64,000 nt of DNA. Source: an uncultured delta proteobacterium (GTDB taxonomy: Bacteria > Myxococcota_A > Polyangia > Polyangiales > Polyangiaceae). The stretch is from assembly GCA_963782055.1 (NCBI GenBank), contig CAWAIF010000003.1, forward strand, positions 2,528,001-2,592,000. Reading direction: 5' to 3'. The notes beneath the pieces are model-generated. The model was not told where the DNA came from, made no database searches, and saw only the letters and a program-made list of their open reading frames with translations. Below, piece after piece: positions 21,605-33,367 of this stretch; the first letter of the stretch is position 1, and each line of letters opens with the position of its first letter. A program made the translations under genes and the position numbers.

Positions 21605-22909
21605 ATGGAGGAGCTGGACCGCGATCGATCCGAGGACGTCTTCGAGGACTACAAGGGCGAGTACACGCGGGAGCAGACGGTGGTGGAGGCGAACCGGTGC
21701 CTGTTCTGCACCGACGCGCCGTGCATGAAGGCGTGCCCCACGCACATCGACATCCCGCAGTTCATTCGCAAGATCGCGACGGACAACGTCAAGGGATCGG
21801 CCCGCACCATCTTCGACGCCAACATCCTCGGCATGAGCTGCGCGCGCGTGTGCCCGGTGGAGGTGCTCTGCGTCGGCGACTGCGTCTACAACGAGATGGG
21901 CGTCCCCCCGATCCAGATCGGCAAGCTGCAGCGCTTCTCCACCGACCGCGCCTTCGAGGACGGCTGGCGCTTCTTCGAGGCGGGCGCCGACACCGGCAAG
22001 AGCGTCGGCCTCGTCGGCGGCGGCCCGGCGAGCCTGGCGTGCGCCCACGAGCTGCGCCGCCTCGGCCACCGCGCGACGATCTACGAGAAGCGCCCGCGCC
22101 TCGGCGGGCTGAACACCAGCGGCGTCGCCCCGTACAAGATGAAGGCGGACCGCAGCGTCCAGGAGGTCGACTGGGTCCTGGGCATCGGCGGGATCGAGGT
22201 GAAGACCGGCGTCTCCGTCGGCGACGACGTGTCGCTCGAGGAGCTGGAGAAGCAGCACGACGCGGTCTTCTTCGGCGCGGGCCTCGGCGCCGATACCCCG
22301 ATGAAGGTGCCCGGCGAGGACCTCCCCGGCGTCTTCGGCGCGGTGGACTGGATCGAGCGCATGAAGACCGGCAAGGTCTCGGCGGAGGGAGTGAAGAACT
22401 GCGTCGTCGTCGGCGGCGGCAACACCGCGCTCGACGTGGTGCGCGAGGCGCGCGGCCTGGGCGTCGCGCGCGTGACGATGGTGTACCGCGGCGTCGAGGA
22501 GAAGATGAGCGGCTACGCCCACGAGTGGAAGGCCGCCGAGACGGAGGGCGGCCGCGCGGAGTGGCAGGCGGTGCCCGTCGCCTTCGAGGGCAAGGGCAAG
22601 GTGGAGCGCGTGCGCTGCCACAAGCTGGACGCGAGCAAGAAGCCCATCCCCGGCGAGGAGGTGACGCTGGACGCCGATCTGGTGCTCGTCGCCATCGGCC
22701 AGTCCAAGCTGGGCGAGATGCTGGCGAAGCTCTCCGGCATCCGCATCGACAAGGGGCGCGTCGTCACCGACGAGTCCGGCTTCACCGGCCGGGCGAAGTG
22801 GTTCGCCGGCGGCGACTGCCGCAACGGCGGCAAGGAAGTCGTCAACGGCGCGGCGGAAGGCAAGGCCGCCGCGCGCGCCATCCACGCCATGCTCTCCGGA
22901 GGGAAGTGA
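21605..22909 (+). CDS. preT: Dihydropyrimidine dehydrogenase, GltD-like subunit
   Basis: RCLFCTDAPCMKACP, GGGPASL, GGGNTALD; coupled to preA. Confidence 0.88.
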   Translation: MEELDRDRSEDVFEDYKGEYTREQTVVEANRCLFCTDAPCMKACPTHIDIPQFIRKIATDNVKGSARTIFDANILGMSCARVCPVEVLCVGDCVYNEMGVPPIQIGKLQRFSTDRAFEDGWRFFEAGADTGKSVGLVGGGPASLACAHELRRLGHRATIYEKRPRLGGLNTSGVAPYKMKADRSVQEVDWVLGIGGIEVKTGVSVGDDVSLEELEKQHDAVFFGAGLGADTPMKVPGEDLPGVFGAVDWIERMKTGKVSAEGVKNCVVVGGGNTALDVVREARGLGVARVTMVYRGVEEKMSGYAHEWKAAETEGGRAEWQAVPVAFEGKGKVERVRCHKLDASKKPIPGEEVTLDADLVLVAIGQSKLGEMLAKLSGIRIDKGRVVTDESGFTGRAKWFAGGDCRNGGKEVVNGAAEGKAAARAIHAMLSGGK

Positions 22910-24177
22910 TGCCGGACCTGACGACCAACTGCGGCGGGATCATCTCCCCCAACCCCTTCTGGCTCGCCTCCGCGCCGCCCGCCAACTCCGGCGGCCAGGT
23001 GCAGCGCGCCTTCGACGCCGGCTGGGGCGGCGCGGTGTGGAAGACGCTCGGCCAGCCGATCCAGAACGTCTCCAGCCGCTTCGGCGCCACCAACGTGCGC
23101 GGCGTGCAGGGCGCGGGCTTCAACAACATCGAGCTCATCACCGACCGCTCCCTCGAGATCAACCTGAAGGAGATCTACGAGACCAAGAAGAAGTACCCGA
23201 AGCACGCCGTCATCGTCTCGCTCATGGTGGAGACGAAGGCGGAGTGGAAGGACATCGTCAAGCGCTCCATCGACGCGGGCGCCGACGGCCTGGAGCTCAA
23301 CTTCGGCTGCCCCCACGGCATGTGCGAGCGCGGCATGGGCTCGGCGGTCGGCCAGGAGCCGAAGGTCAACCAGGAGATCACCTCCTGGGTCGTCGAGTAC
23401 TCCACCGTGCCGGTGCTGGTGAAGCTCACGCCGAACGTGTCGGACATCGTGCCGCACGGCCTGGCCGCGCAGCGCGGCGGCGCCCACGGCGTCTCCCTCA
23501 TCAACACCATCAAGAGCATCATCGGCGTCGACATCGACCGCTTCGTGCCGGAGCCGCGCGTCGCGAGCCTCTCCACCAACGGCGGCTACTGCGGCGCGGC
23601 GGTCAAGCCCATCGCCCTGCACATGGTCGCCGCGCTCTCGCGCGACGACCGCTTCGACATCCCCATCAGCGGGATCGGCGGCGTCAGCAACTGGCGCGAC
23701 GCGGTGGAGTTCATGCTCCTCGGCTCCAGCTCGGTGCAGGTGTGCACCGAGGTGATGCTCCGCGGCTACCGCGTCGTGGAGGACATGATCGAGGGCCTGG
23801 AGGAGTACATGCGCTCCCACGGCTTCGATCGCGTCGACCAGATGGTGGGCAAGGCCGTCCCCGCCTACTCCGAGTGGGGCAACCTGGATCTCAACTACGA
23901 GACCATCGCCAAGATCGACGCGGACAAGTGCATCGGCTGCCAGCTCTGCGTCACCGCCTGCGAGGACGGCGCGCACCAGTGCCTGCACCCGCAGCCCGGC
24001 ACCCGCGTCCCGCTCGTCGACGAGTCGGAGTGCGTCGGCTGCAACCTCTGCAAGATCGTCTGCCCCGTCGCCGACTGCATCTCCATGGTGGAGGTGAAGA
24101 ACGACTTCCCCCCCGCCACGTGGAACGAGCACGTGACCGAGGGCAAGAAGCTGCGCCCCAAGAAGGGGGCGCATTGA
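22909..24177 (+). CDS. preA: Dihydropyrimidine dehydrogenase subunit PreA
   Basis: NPFWLASAP, ELNFGCPHGM, KLTPN; two C-terminal 4Fe-4S motifs. Confidence 0.93.
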   Translation: MPDLTTNCGGIISPNPFWLASAPPANSGGQVQRAFDAGWGGAVWKTLGQPIQNVSSRFGATNVRGVQGAGFNNIELITDRSLEINLKEIYETKKKYPKHAVIVSLMVETKAEWKDIVKRSIDAGADGLELNFGCPHGMCERGMGSAVGQEPKVNQEITSWVVEYSTVPVLVKLTPNVSDIVPHGLAAQRGGAHGVSLINTIKSIIGVDIDRFVPEPRVASLSTNGGYCGAAVKPIALHMVAALSRDDRFDIPISGIGGVSNWRDAVEFMLLGSSSVQVCTEVMLRGYRVVEDMIEGLEEYMRSHGFDRVDQMVGKAVPAYSEWGNLDLNYETIAKIDADKCIGCQLCVTACEDGAHQCLHPQPGTRVPLVDESECVGCNLCKIVCPVADCISMVEVKNDFPPATWNEHVTEGKKLRPKKGAH

Positions 24178-24305
24178 GAGGATGTGAATGAATTCACATC
24201 CCTCTCAAGACAGGTCTCAGGGGCGGCACGCGCCGCCCCTCCCCGCCCAAGTGAATTGGGCGGGGCCCCTCCCCACGCGGCCCCTCCGCTGCGCGTCGGG
24301 GGGTA
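24176..24305. repeat. Cluster of consecutive hairpins (REP-like) within the operon
   Basis: GAGAGGATGTGAAT/ATTCACATCCCTCTC; AGGGGCGGC/GCCGCCCCT; CCCCGCCCAA/TTGGGCGGGG. Confidence 0.65.
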
Positions 24306-24359
24306 GGACATGCAGGATCTCTCGACACGTCGACACGAACTTTCGAGGAAATGAGGTAA

Positions 24360-26717
<2,358 letters not shown>

Positions 26718-26736
26718 GAGAGCGAGGAGTATCCCG

Positions 26737-28227
26737 ATGATCCCGAAGTTCAGTGCACGTTCCAACGAGTTCGCGGAGTACGTCCCCGCGCGCAACTACA
26801 TCGCCGGCGAGTGGTGCGATCCGCGCACCTCCAAGACCACGCTGGAGGTCATCAACCCGCGGCACGGCAAGGCGATGAGCAAGGTCGTGATGAGCGGCGC
26901 CGACGACGTCGACGCCGCGGTCAAGGCGGGCGAGGCGGCCTTCAAGGAGTGGCGCGGGTGGCCCGTCCGCGAGCGCGCGCACGTCATGTACAGGCTGCGC
27001 GAGCTCATGGTGGCGAACCTGGAGGAGCTCTCCTGGCTGGTCTCGCACGAGAACGGCAAGATCTACCCCGAGGCGAAGGCCGAGGTGGAGAAGGGCATCG
27101 AGTGCGTGGAGTTCGGCTGCTCGCTCCCCAACCTCGCCGCCGGCAGCCAGCTGGAGGTGAGCCGCGGCGTGACGTGCGAGGTGGTCCACGAGCCGCTCGG
27201 CGTCGTCGCCGGCGTCGTGCCCTTCAACTTCCCCAACATGGTGCCGCTCTGGATGATCCCGCAGGCGCTGGTGGGCGGGAACGCCTTCGTCCTCAAGCCG
27301 AGCGAGCAGGTGCCGCTGTCGTCGCTGCGCCTGGCCGAGCTGCTCACCGAGGCCGGCCTGCCGCGGGGCGTCTTCAACCTGGTGCAGGGTGGGCGCGAGG
27401 TGGTCGAGGCGCTGTGCGATCACCCGCGCATCAAGGCGCTCGGGTTCGTCGGGTCGACCAAGGTGGCCAAGCTCGTCTACGGCCGCGCGAGCACGGCCGG
27501 CAAGCGCGCGCTCTGCCTGGGCGGCGCGAAGAACCACCTCATCGTGGTGCCCGACGCCGACATGGCGGTCACCGCGGAGAACGTCGTCGCCTCCTTCACC
27601 GGATGCGCCGGCCAGCGCTGCATGGCGGCCTCGGTGCTCCTCGCCGTCGGCAAGGTGGACCACATCCTGGACGCCGTGCGCGAGCGCGCGGCGAAGCTGG
27701 TCACCGGCAAGGAGATGGGCCCCGTCACCAACCCCGCGGCGGTGGAGCGCATCACCCGCTACATCGACGAGGCGGAGAAGGCCGGCGCCAAGATCGTGCT
27801 CGACGGCCGCAAGGCGAAGGGCGACGCCGGCGGCTACTGGGTCGGCCCGACGATCATCGACCACTGCACGCGGGACATGCCCGCCGCGTGCGAGGAGATC
27901 TTCGGCCCGGTCCTCTCCATCGTGCGCGTGCCCAACCTGGAGACGGCGATCGAGATCGAGAACGCCAACCCCTACGGCAACGCGTCCAGCGTCTACACCA
28001 CCAGCGGCGACGTGGCGCGCCGGGTGATGCAGAGCGTGGAGGCCGGCATGTGCGGCGTCAACGTGGGTGTCCCCGTCCCGCGCGAGCCCTTCGGCTTCGG
28101 CGGGTGGAACGACTCCCTCTTTGGACACGGCAACCTCACCGGCTGGGACGGCTACCTGTTCTGGACGCGCCAGCGGAAGATCACCAGCAAGTGGGCCCTG
28201 CAGAAGGACCAGAGCTGGATGAGCTGA
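26737..28227 (+). CDS. mmsA: CoA-acylating (methyl)malonate-semialdehyde dehydrogenase
   Basis: PFNFP, KPSE, GGAKNH, AGQRCMA, EEIFGPV, VGVPVP. Confidence 0.9.
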   Translation: MIPKFSARSNEFAEYVPARNYIAGEWCDPRTSKTTLEVINPRHGKAMSKVVMSGADDVDAAVKAGEAAFKEWRGWPVRERAHVMYRLRELMVANLEELSWLVSHENGKIYPEAKAEVEKGIECVEFGCSLPNLAAGSQLEVSRGVTCEVVHEPLGVVAGVVPFNFPNMVPLWMIPQALVGGNAFVLKPSEQVPLSSLRLAELLTEAGLPRGVFNLVQGGREVVEALCDHPRIKALGFVGSTKVAKLVYGRASTAGKRALCLGGAKNHLIVVPDADMAVTAENVVASFTGCAGQRCMAASVLLAVGKVDHILDAVRERAAKLVTGKEMGPVTNPAAVERITRYIDEAEKAGAKIVLDGRKAKGDAGGYWVGPTIIDHCTRDMPAACEEIFGPVLSIVRVPNLETAIEIENANPYGNASSVYTTSGDVARRVMQSVEAGMCGVNVGVPVPREPFGFGGWNDSLFGHGNLTGWDGYLFWTRQRKITSKWALQKDQSWMS

Positions 28228-28237
28228 GCCTCCCGGC

Positions 28238-28324
28238 CTCACCCCCCCGGCCCCCCTCTCCCTACGAGGGAGAGGGGGGAGAAGAAAGAGGGGGGAGAAG
28301 AGAGGGGAGAGGCGAGAGGGGGGA
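28238..28324. terminator. GC hairpin CCCCCCTCTCCC/GGGAGAGGGGGG plus purine tract between convergent genes
   Basis: Read directly. Confidence 0.55.
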
Positions 28325-28744
28325 CTAGGACGGGATCCGGAAGCCGGCGGTGGCGAAGTGGTGGTCGAAGGTGAAGGCCACGCGGATCTTGGACTTCGTC
28401 ATCAGGACGAAGCTGGTCGCGTCCACGGCGGAGAGCTTGTGCAGGTCCCTGCGCCGGAAGTAGCTCCACGCCTTTCGCACGTCGGCGGACGTGCACTCGA
28501 GCACCTGGAGACGCTTCACCTCGTCGAGGCCGTCCTTCCAGGCGAGCGCCACGTCGCGGGTGGTGTTGCGCTCGAGGAAGGTGAAGGTCTCCAGGATGAC
28601 CGGCACCGAGGTGAAGCAGCGTGCGCCGGCCGCGTCCATGGCGTCCCACGTCTCGACCGCGCGCGCGTGGAGCGGGTCGCGCGTGAGCGCCAGCGCGATC
28701 CACGCCCCCGTGTCGACGAAGACCGCCTCCCCCGAGCGGATCAC
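28325..28744 (-). CDS. vapC: PIN-domain VapC toxin
   Basis: VFVDTGAWIA, ILET, SAVDATSF, FTFDHHF. Confidence 0.9.
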   Translation of the reverse strand: MIRSGEAVFVDTGAWIALALTRDPLHARAVETWDAMDAAGARCFTSVPVILETFTFLERNTTRDVALAWKDGLDEVKRLQVLECTSADVRKAWSYFRRRDLHKLSAVDATSFVLMTKSKIRVAFTFDHHFATAGFRIPS

Positions 28745-28950
28745 GGCGCGTCGTAGATCGAGTCGTGGTCGGCGGACGAGGTGGGCACCTCCCCGTCCCA
28801 GAGCGACACGGGCCCGGCCGCGTGCGCGCCGAGCGACCGGCGGATCGCCTCGCGCACCAGCTCCGCGACGCTCTTGCCGGAGCGCTTCGCCGCGCGATGG
28901 AGCGCCTGGAGCTCCTCCTCCGGAAGGTAGACCTGAGTCTTGACCATCAT
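28741..28950 (-). CDS. vapB: RHH/CopG-type antitoxin
   Basis: KTQVYL...SVAELVREAI...DHDSIY; overlaps the vapC start. Confidence 0.82.
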   Translation of the reverse strand: MMVKTQVYLPEEELQALHRAAKRSGKSVAELVREAIRRSLGAHAAGPVSLWDGEVPTSSADHDSIYDAP

Positions 28951-28981
28951 GGGTGTCAGTATGAGATCGGCGCTGACACCC
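28951..28981. promoter_or_regulatory. Inverted repeat, likely antitoxin operator
   Basis: GGGTGTCAG-N13-CTGACACCC directly upstream of vapB. Confidence 0.6.
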
Positions 28982-29040
28982 GTCAACGTCCCCATCGCCG
29001 CGCCTTTCCGGGCGCCGTGACGTGTGGTAGCTCGCGGCCC

Positions 29041-30360
29041 ATGGATTCGAAGGAAATGATCGACCTGTGCACCAGGCACAGCCTGTTCTCGTGGTCGGCG
29101 ACGGGGAAGGTGGCGCCGCTGCCCATCGCGCGGGCGGAGGGGGTGTACCTGTACTCGCCGGAGGGCAAGCGGTGGCTGGACTTCAACAGCCAGCTCATGA
29201 GCGTCAACATCGGCCACGGGCACCCGAAGGTGATCGAGGCGATCAAGAAGCAGGCGGACACCCTCTGCTTCGCGGCGCCCAGCATGGCGACCGAGGTGCG
29301 CGCGCGCCTGTCGAAGCGCCTCGCCGAGGTGGTGCCGGGCGACATCAACACCTTCTTCTTCACCCTGGGCGGCGCGGAGGCGAACGAGAACGCCATCAAG
29401 GCGGCGCGCCTCTTCACCGGCAAGAACAAGATCCTCGCGCGCTACCGCAGCTACCACGGCGCCACCCACGGCGCGATGTCGCTCACCGGCGATCCGCGCC
29501 GCTGGCCGAACGAGCCGGGCATGGTCGGCGTGGTGCGCGTGATGGACCCGCACCCGTACGACTACTCCTTCGGTACCACCGACGAGGAGATCACCAAGAA
29601 CAACCTCACCTACCTGGAGGAGGTCATCCAGTACGAGGGCCCGCAGACCATCGCCGCGATGTTCATCGAGACGGTGACCGGCACCAACGGCATCCTCCCG
29701 CCGCCGAAGGGTTACCTCGCCGGGCTGAAGAAGCTGCTGGGGAAGTACGGCATCCTCTTGGTGTGCGACGAGATCATGTGCGGCTGGGGCCGCACGGGGA
29801 AGCTCTTCGCCTTCGAGCACGGCGGCATCGTCCCGGACATCGTGACGATGGCGAAGGGCCTCACCAGCTCGTACATGCCGCTCGGCGCGATGGGCCTGTC
29901 CGACCGCATCGCCAACCACTTCCGGGAGAACGTCTTCTGGGGCGGCCTCACCTACAACGCCCACCCGATGAGCCTCGCCTGCGCGCTCGCCGTCATCGAC
30001 GTGATGGAGGAGGAGAAGCTGGTGGAGCACTCCGCGAAGATGGGCGAGGTGATGCGCGGCCACATGGAGCGCATGAAGGACAGGCACAAGTGCGTGTGGG
30101 AGTCGCGCAACATCGGCCTCTTCGGCGTGATCGAGCTGCGCAAGAACTCCAAGAACGAGCGCCTCGTCCCGTACAACGGATCGCACCCGGTGATGGCGAA
30201 GCTCGGCACCTTCTTCCGCGACAATGGCCTGTACGCCTTCCTCCGGTGGAACGGCGTGATGTGCAATCCGCCGCTCACCATCACCGAGGCGGAGCTGGCC
30301 GAGGCGTTCGACATCGTCGACAAGGGCCTGGCCATCGTGGACGAGGTGTTCGAGGGCTAG
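29041..30360 (+). CDS. Class III aminotransferase (probable beta-alanine transaminase)
   Basis: SYHG, DEIMCGWGRTG, PDIVTMAKGL; pathway context. Confidence 0.88.
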   Translation: MDSKEMIDLCTRHSLFSWSATGKVAPLPIARAEGVYLYSPEGKRWLDFNSQLMSVNIGHGHPKVIEAIKKQADTLCFAAPSMATEVRARLSKRLAEVVPGDINTFFFTLGGAEANENAIKAARLFTGKNKILARYRSYHGATHGAMSLTGDPRRWPNEPGMVGVVRVMDPHPYDYSFGTTDEEITKNNLTYLEEVIQYEGPQTIAAMFIETVTGTNGILPPPKGYLAGLKKLLGKYGILLVCDEIMCGWGRTGKLFAFEHGGIVPDIVTMAKGLTSSYMPLGAMGLSDRIANHFRENVFWGGLTYNAHPMSLACALAVIDVMEEEKLVEHSAKMGEVMRGHMERMKDRHKCVWESRNIGLFGVIELRKNSKNERLVPYNGSHPVMAKLGTFFRDNGLYAFLRWNGVMCNPPLTITEAELAEAFDIVDKGLAIVDEVFEG

Positions 30361-30387
30361 CCCTGCGCTGACATCCTGACGCCATCG

Positions 30388-30412
30388 TTGACAGCCTGTC
30401 GTTTGCTGTCAA
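30388..30412. promoter_or_regulatory. Inverted repeat TTGACAGC-N9-GCTGTCAA upstream of the regulator
   Basis: Perfect 8-bp arms; the left arm is a consensus -35 (TTGACA). Confidence 0.55.
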
Positions 30413-30421
30413 ACTGGCGCC

Positions 30422-31840
<1,419 letters not shown>

Positions 31841-32008
31841 GCCGCACCTGGCCCCCGTTTCCTTGCGAGCGAGAGGCGGAGGTAGAGCGTCAGGGCGGCT
31901 TGTCAGTTTGTCGCGCGCGCGACGGAACACGGCGCAGAGGCGCCAACCTGTCTTGCCTACATTGTCATACACGCGCGGAAAGTCTTTGAAATCTCATGGC
32001 TTCTCTCA

Positions 32009-32024
32009 TGGCATGAGGCTCGCT
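32009..32024 (+). promoter_or_regulatory. Sigma54 -24/-12 promoter of the gsp operon
   Basis: TGGCATGAGGCTCGCT (GG-N10-GC), 26 nt before the gspC ATG. Confidence 0.65.
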
Positions 32025-32050
32025 TTGTCCCCCTCCGGAGCTCCGTCCTG

Positions 32051-33013
32051 ATGGCCATCGACCAGTTTCTCAAGCGCCACTTCTGGCTGCCCACGCTGCT
32101 GTTCACCGGCATGGCGTCCCTCTTCGGCGCCAAGGGCGTGGCCAACCTCGCGGGCGTGAGCCTGGGCGCCAGCGACAAGCAGCTCGCGCAGGGGCCGCTC
32201 ATCATGAAGACCCCGCCTGTCTCCTCCGGCGGCAGCGAGAAGGCGCGGAGCGACGAGGCCATCCTCTCGCGCAACCCCTTCGACTCGCAGACCGGCCCGC
32301 TCACGCCGCAGCCCGTCGACTCCGTGGGACTCACCCCGCCGGTGGACCTGAGCGATCCGGACAACGCGCCGGTGTGCGAGGGGGTGAAGGTCCTGGTCAT
32401 CGCCGCCTCCTCCGACCCCGACTGGTCGCTCGCCGCGCTGCAGGCGCCGGGCGATCACACGAGCGTGTTGCGGCGCCGCGGGGGCGATTTCAACGGCAAG
32501 CAGGTCAAGTACATCGGCTGGGACCGCGTGTGGTTCGTCAACAGCGGGCAGCTCTGCCAGGCGCAGATGTTCCAGCCCGACACGCCGCCCGCGACGCGCC
32601 CGGTGACGAACATCCCGCCGCCCGTCGTGGCCACGCGCGGGGGCGCCGGCGCCGTGCCGCCGGACATCGCGAAGGGCATCCAGCGCGTGAGCGCCAACGA
32701 GTTCAACGTCGACCGCGGCGTGGTGGACAAGATCCTGGAGAACCAGGCCGAGCTGATGAAGCAGGCGCGCATCGTGCCCGAGCAGGAGAACGGCAAGGTC
32801 GTCGGCATCCGCCTCTTCGGCGTGCGCCCGGACACCCTGCTCGGCGTGCTCGGCATGGAGAACGGCGACCGCCTGCAGTCGATCAACGGCTTCGACATGA
32901 CCAGCCCGGAGAAGGCGCTCGAGGCGTACGCGCGCCTGCGCACGGCGGACCACATGACCGTCCAGATCAACCGCCGCGGGTCCAACATGAACCTCGATTA
33001 CAACATCAAGTGA
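32051..33013 (+). CDS. gspC: Type II secretion protein GspC
   Basis: N-terminal TM, C-terminal PDZ (LGMENGD...ING); first gene of the operon. Confidence 0.85.
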   Translation: MAIDQFLKRHFWLPTLLFTGMASLFGAKGVANLAGVSLGASDKQLAQGPLIMKTPPVSSGGSEKARSDEAILSRNPFDSQTGPLTPQPVDSVGLTPPVDLSDPDNAPVCEGVKVLVIAASSDPDWSLAALQAPGDHTSVLRRRGGDFNGKQVKYIGWDRVWFVNSGQLCQAQMFQPDTPPATRPVTNIPPPVVATRGGAGAVPPDIAKGIQRVSANEFNVDRGVVDKILENQAELMKQARIVPEQENGKVVGIRLFGVRPDTLLGVLGMENGDRLQSINGFDMTSPEKALEAYARLRTADHMTVQINRRGSNMNLDYNIK

Positions 33014-33052
33014 ACCCCGTTTGAGCCCCAGCCCGAAGAAGAACCGATCGCC

Positions 33053-33277
33053 ATGGCCGCCGAAGACTCACTCATGAAGCAGACCCTGCGCACGACGCTC
33101 CTCATGCTCGTGCCGATGGCCCTATTTCTCGCCGTGCTCAGCGTCATCACGGTGGCGCTGCGCCCCGCCTCGAAGGGCGCGTCGCCCTCCGTGCAGGCCC
33201 GCTCACTGGGCGAGAACACCGCGGCCGGGCCGGCGACCGACAAACCTCGAACCGGCAAGCTCCCTGCCGAGATCTGA
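33053..33277 (+). CDS. Small membrane protein
   Basis: One hydrophobic segment; lies between gspC and gspD. Confidence 0.4.
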   Translation: MAAEDSLMKQTLRTTLLMLVPMALFLAVLSVITVALRPASKGASPSVQARSLGENTAAGPATDKPRTGKLPAEI

Positions 33278-33367
33278 TCGCGAGAACCCATGCCGATCGC
33301 ACAGCGTGACCGACGACCCTTCGCCCCGCGCGCACGCCGCACGCCGGGGGACGCTCCGCGCGCCACC

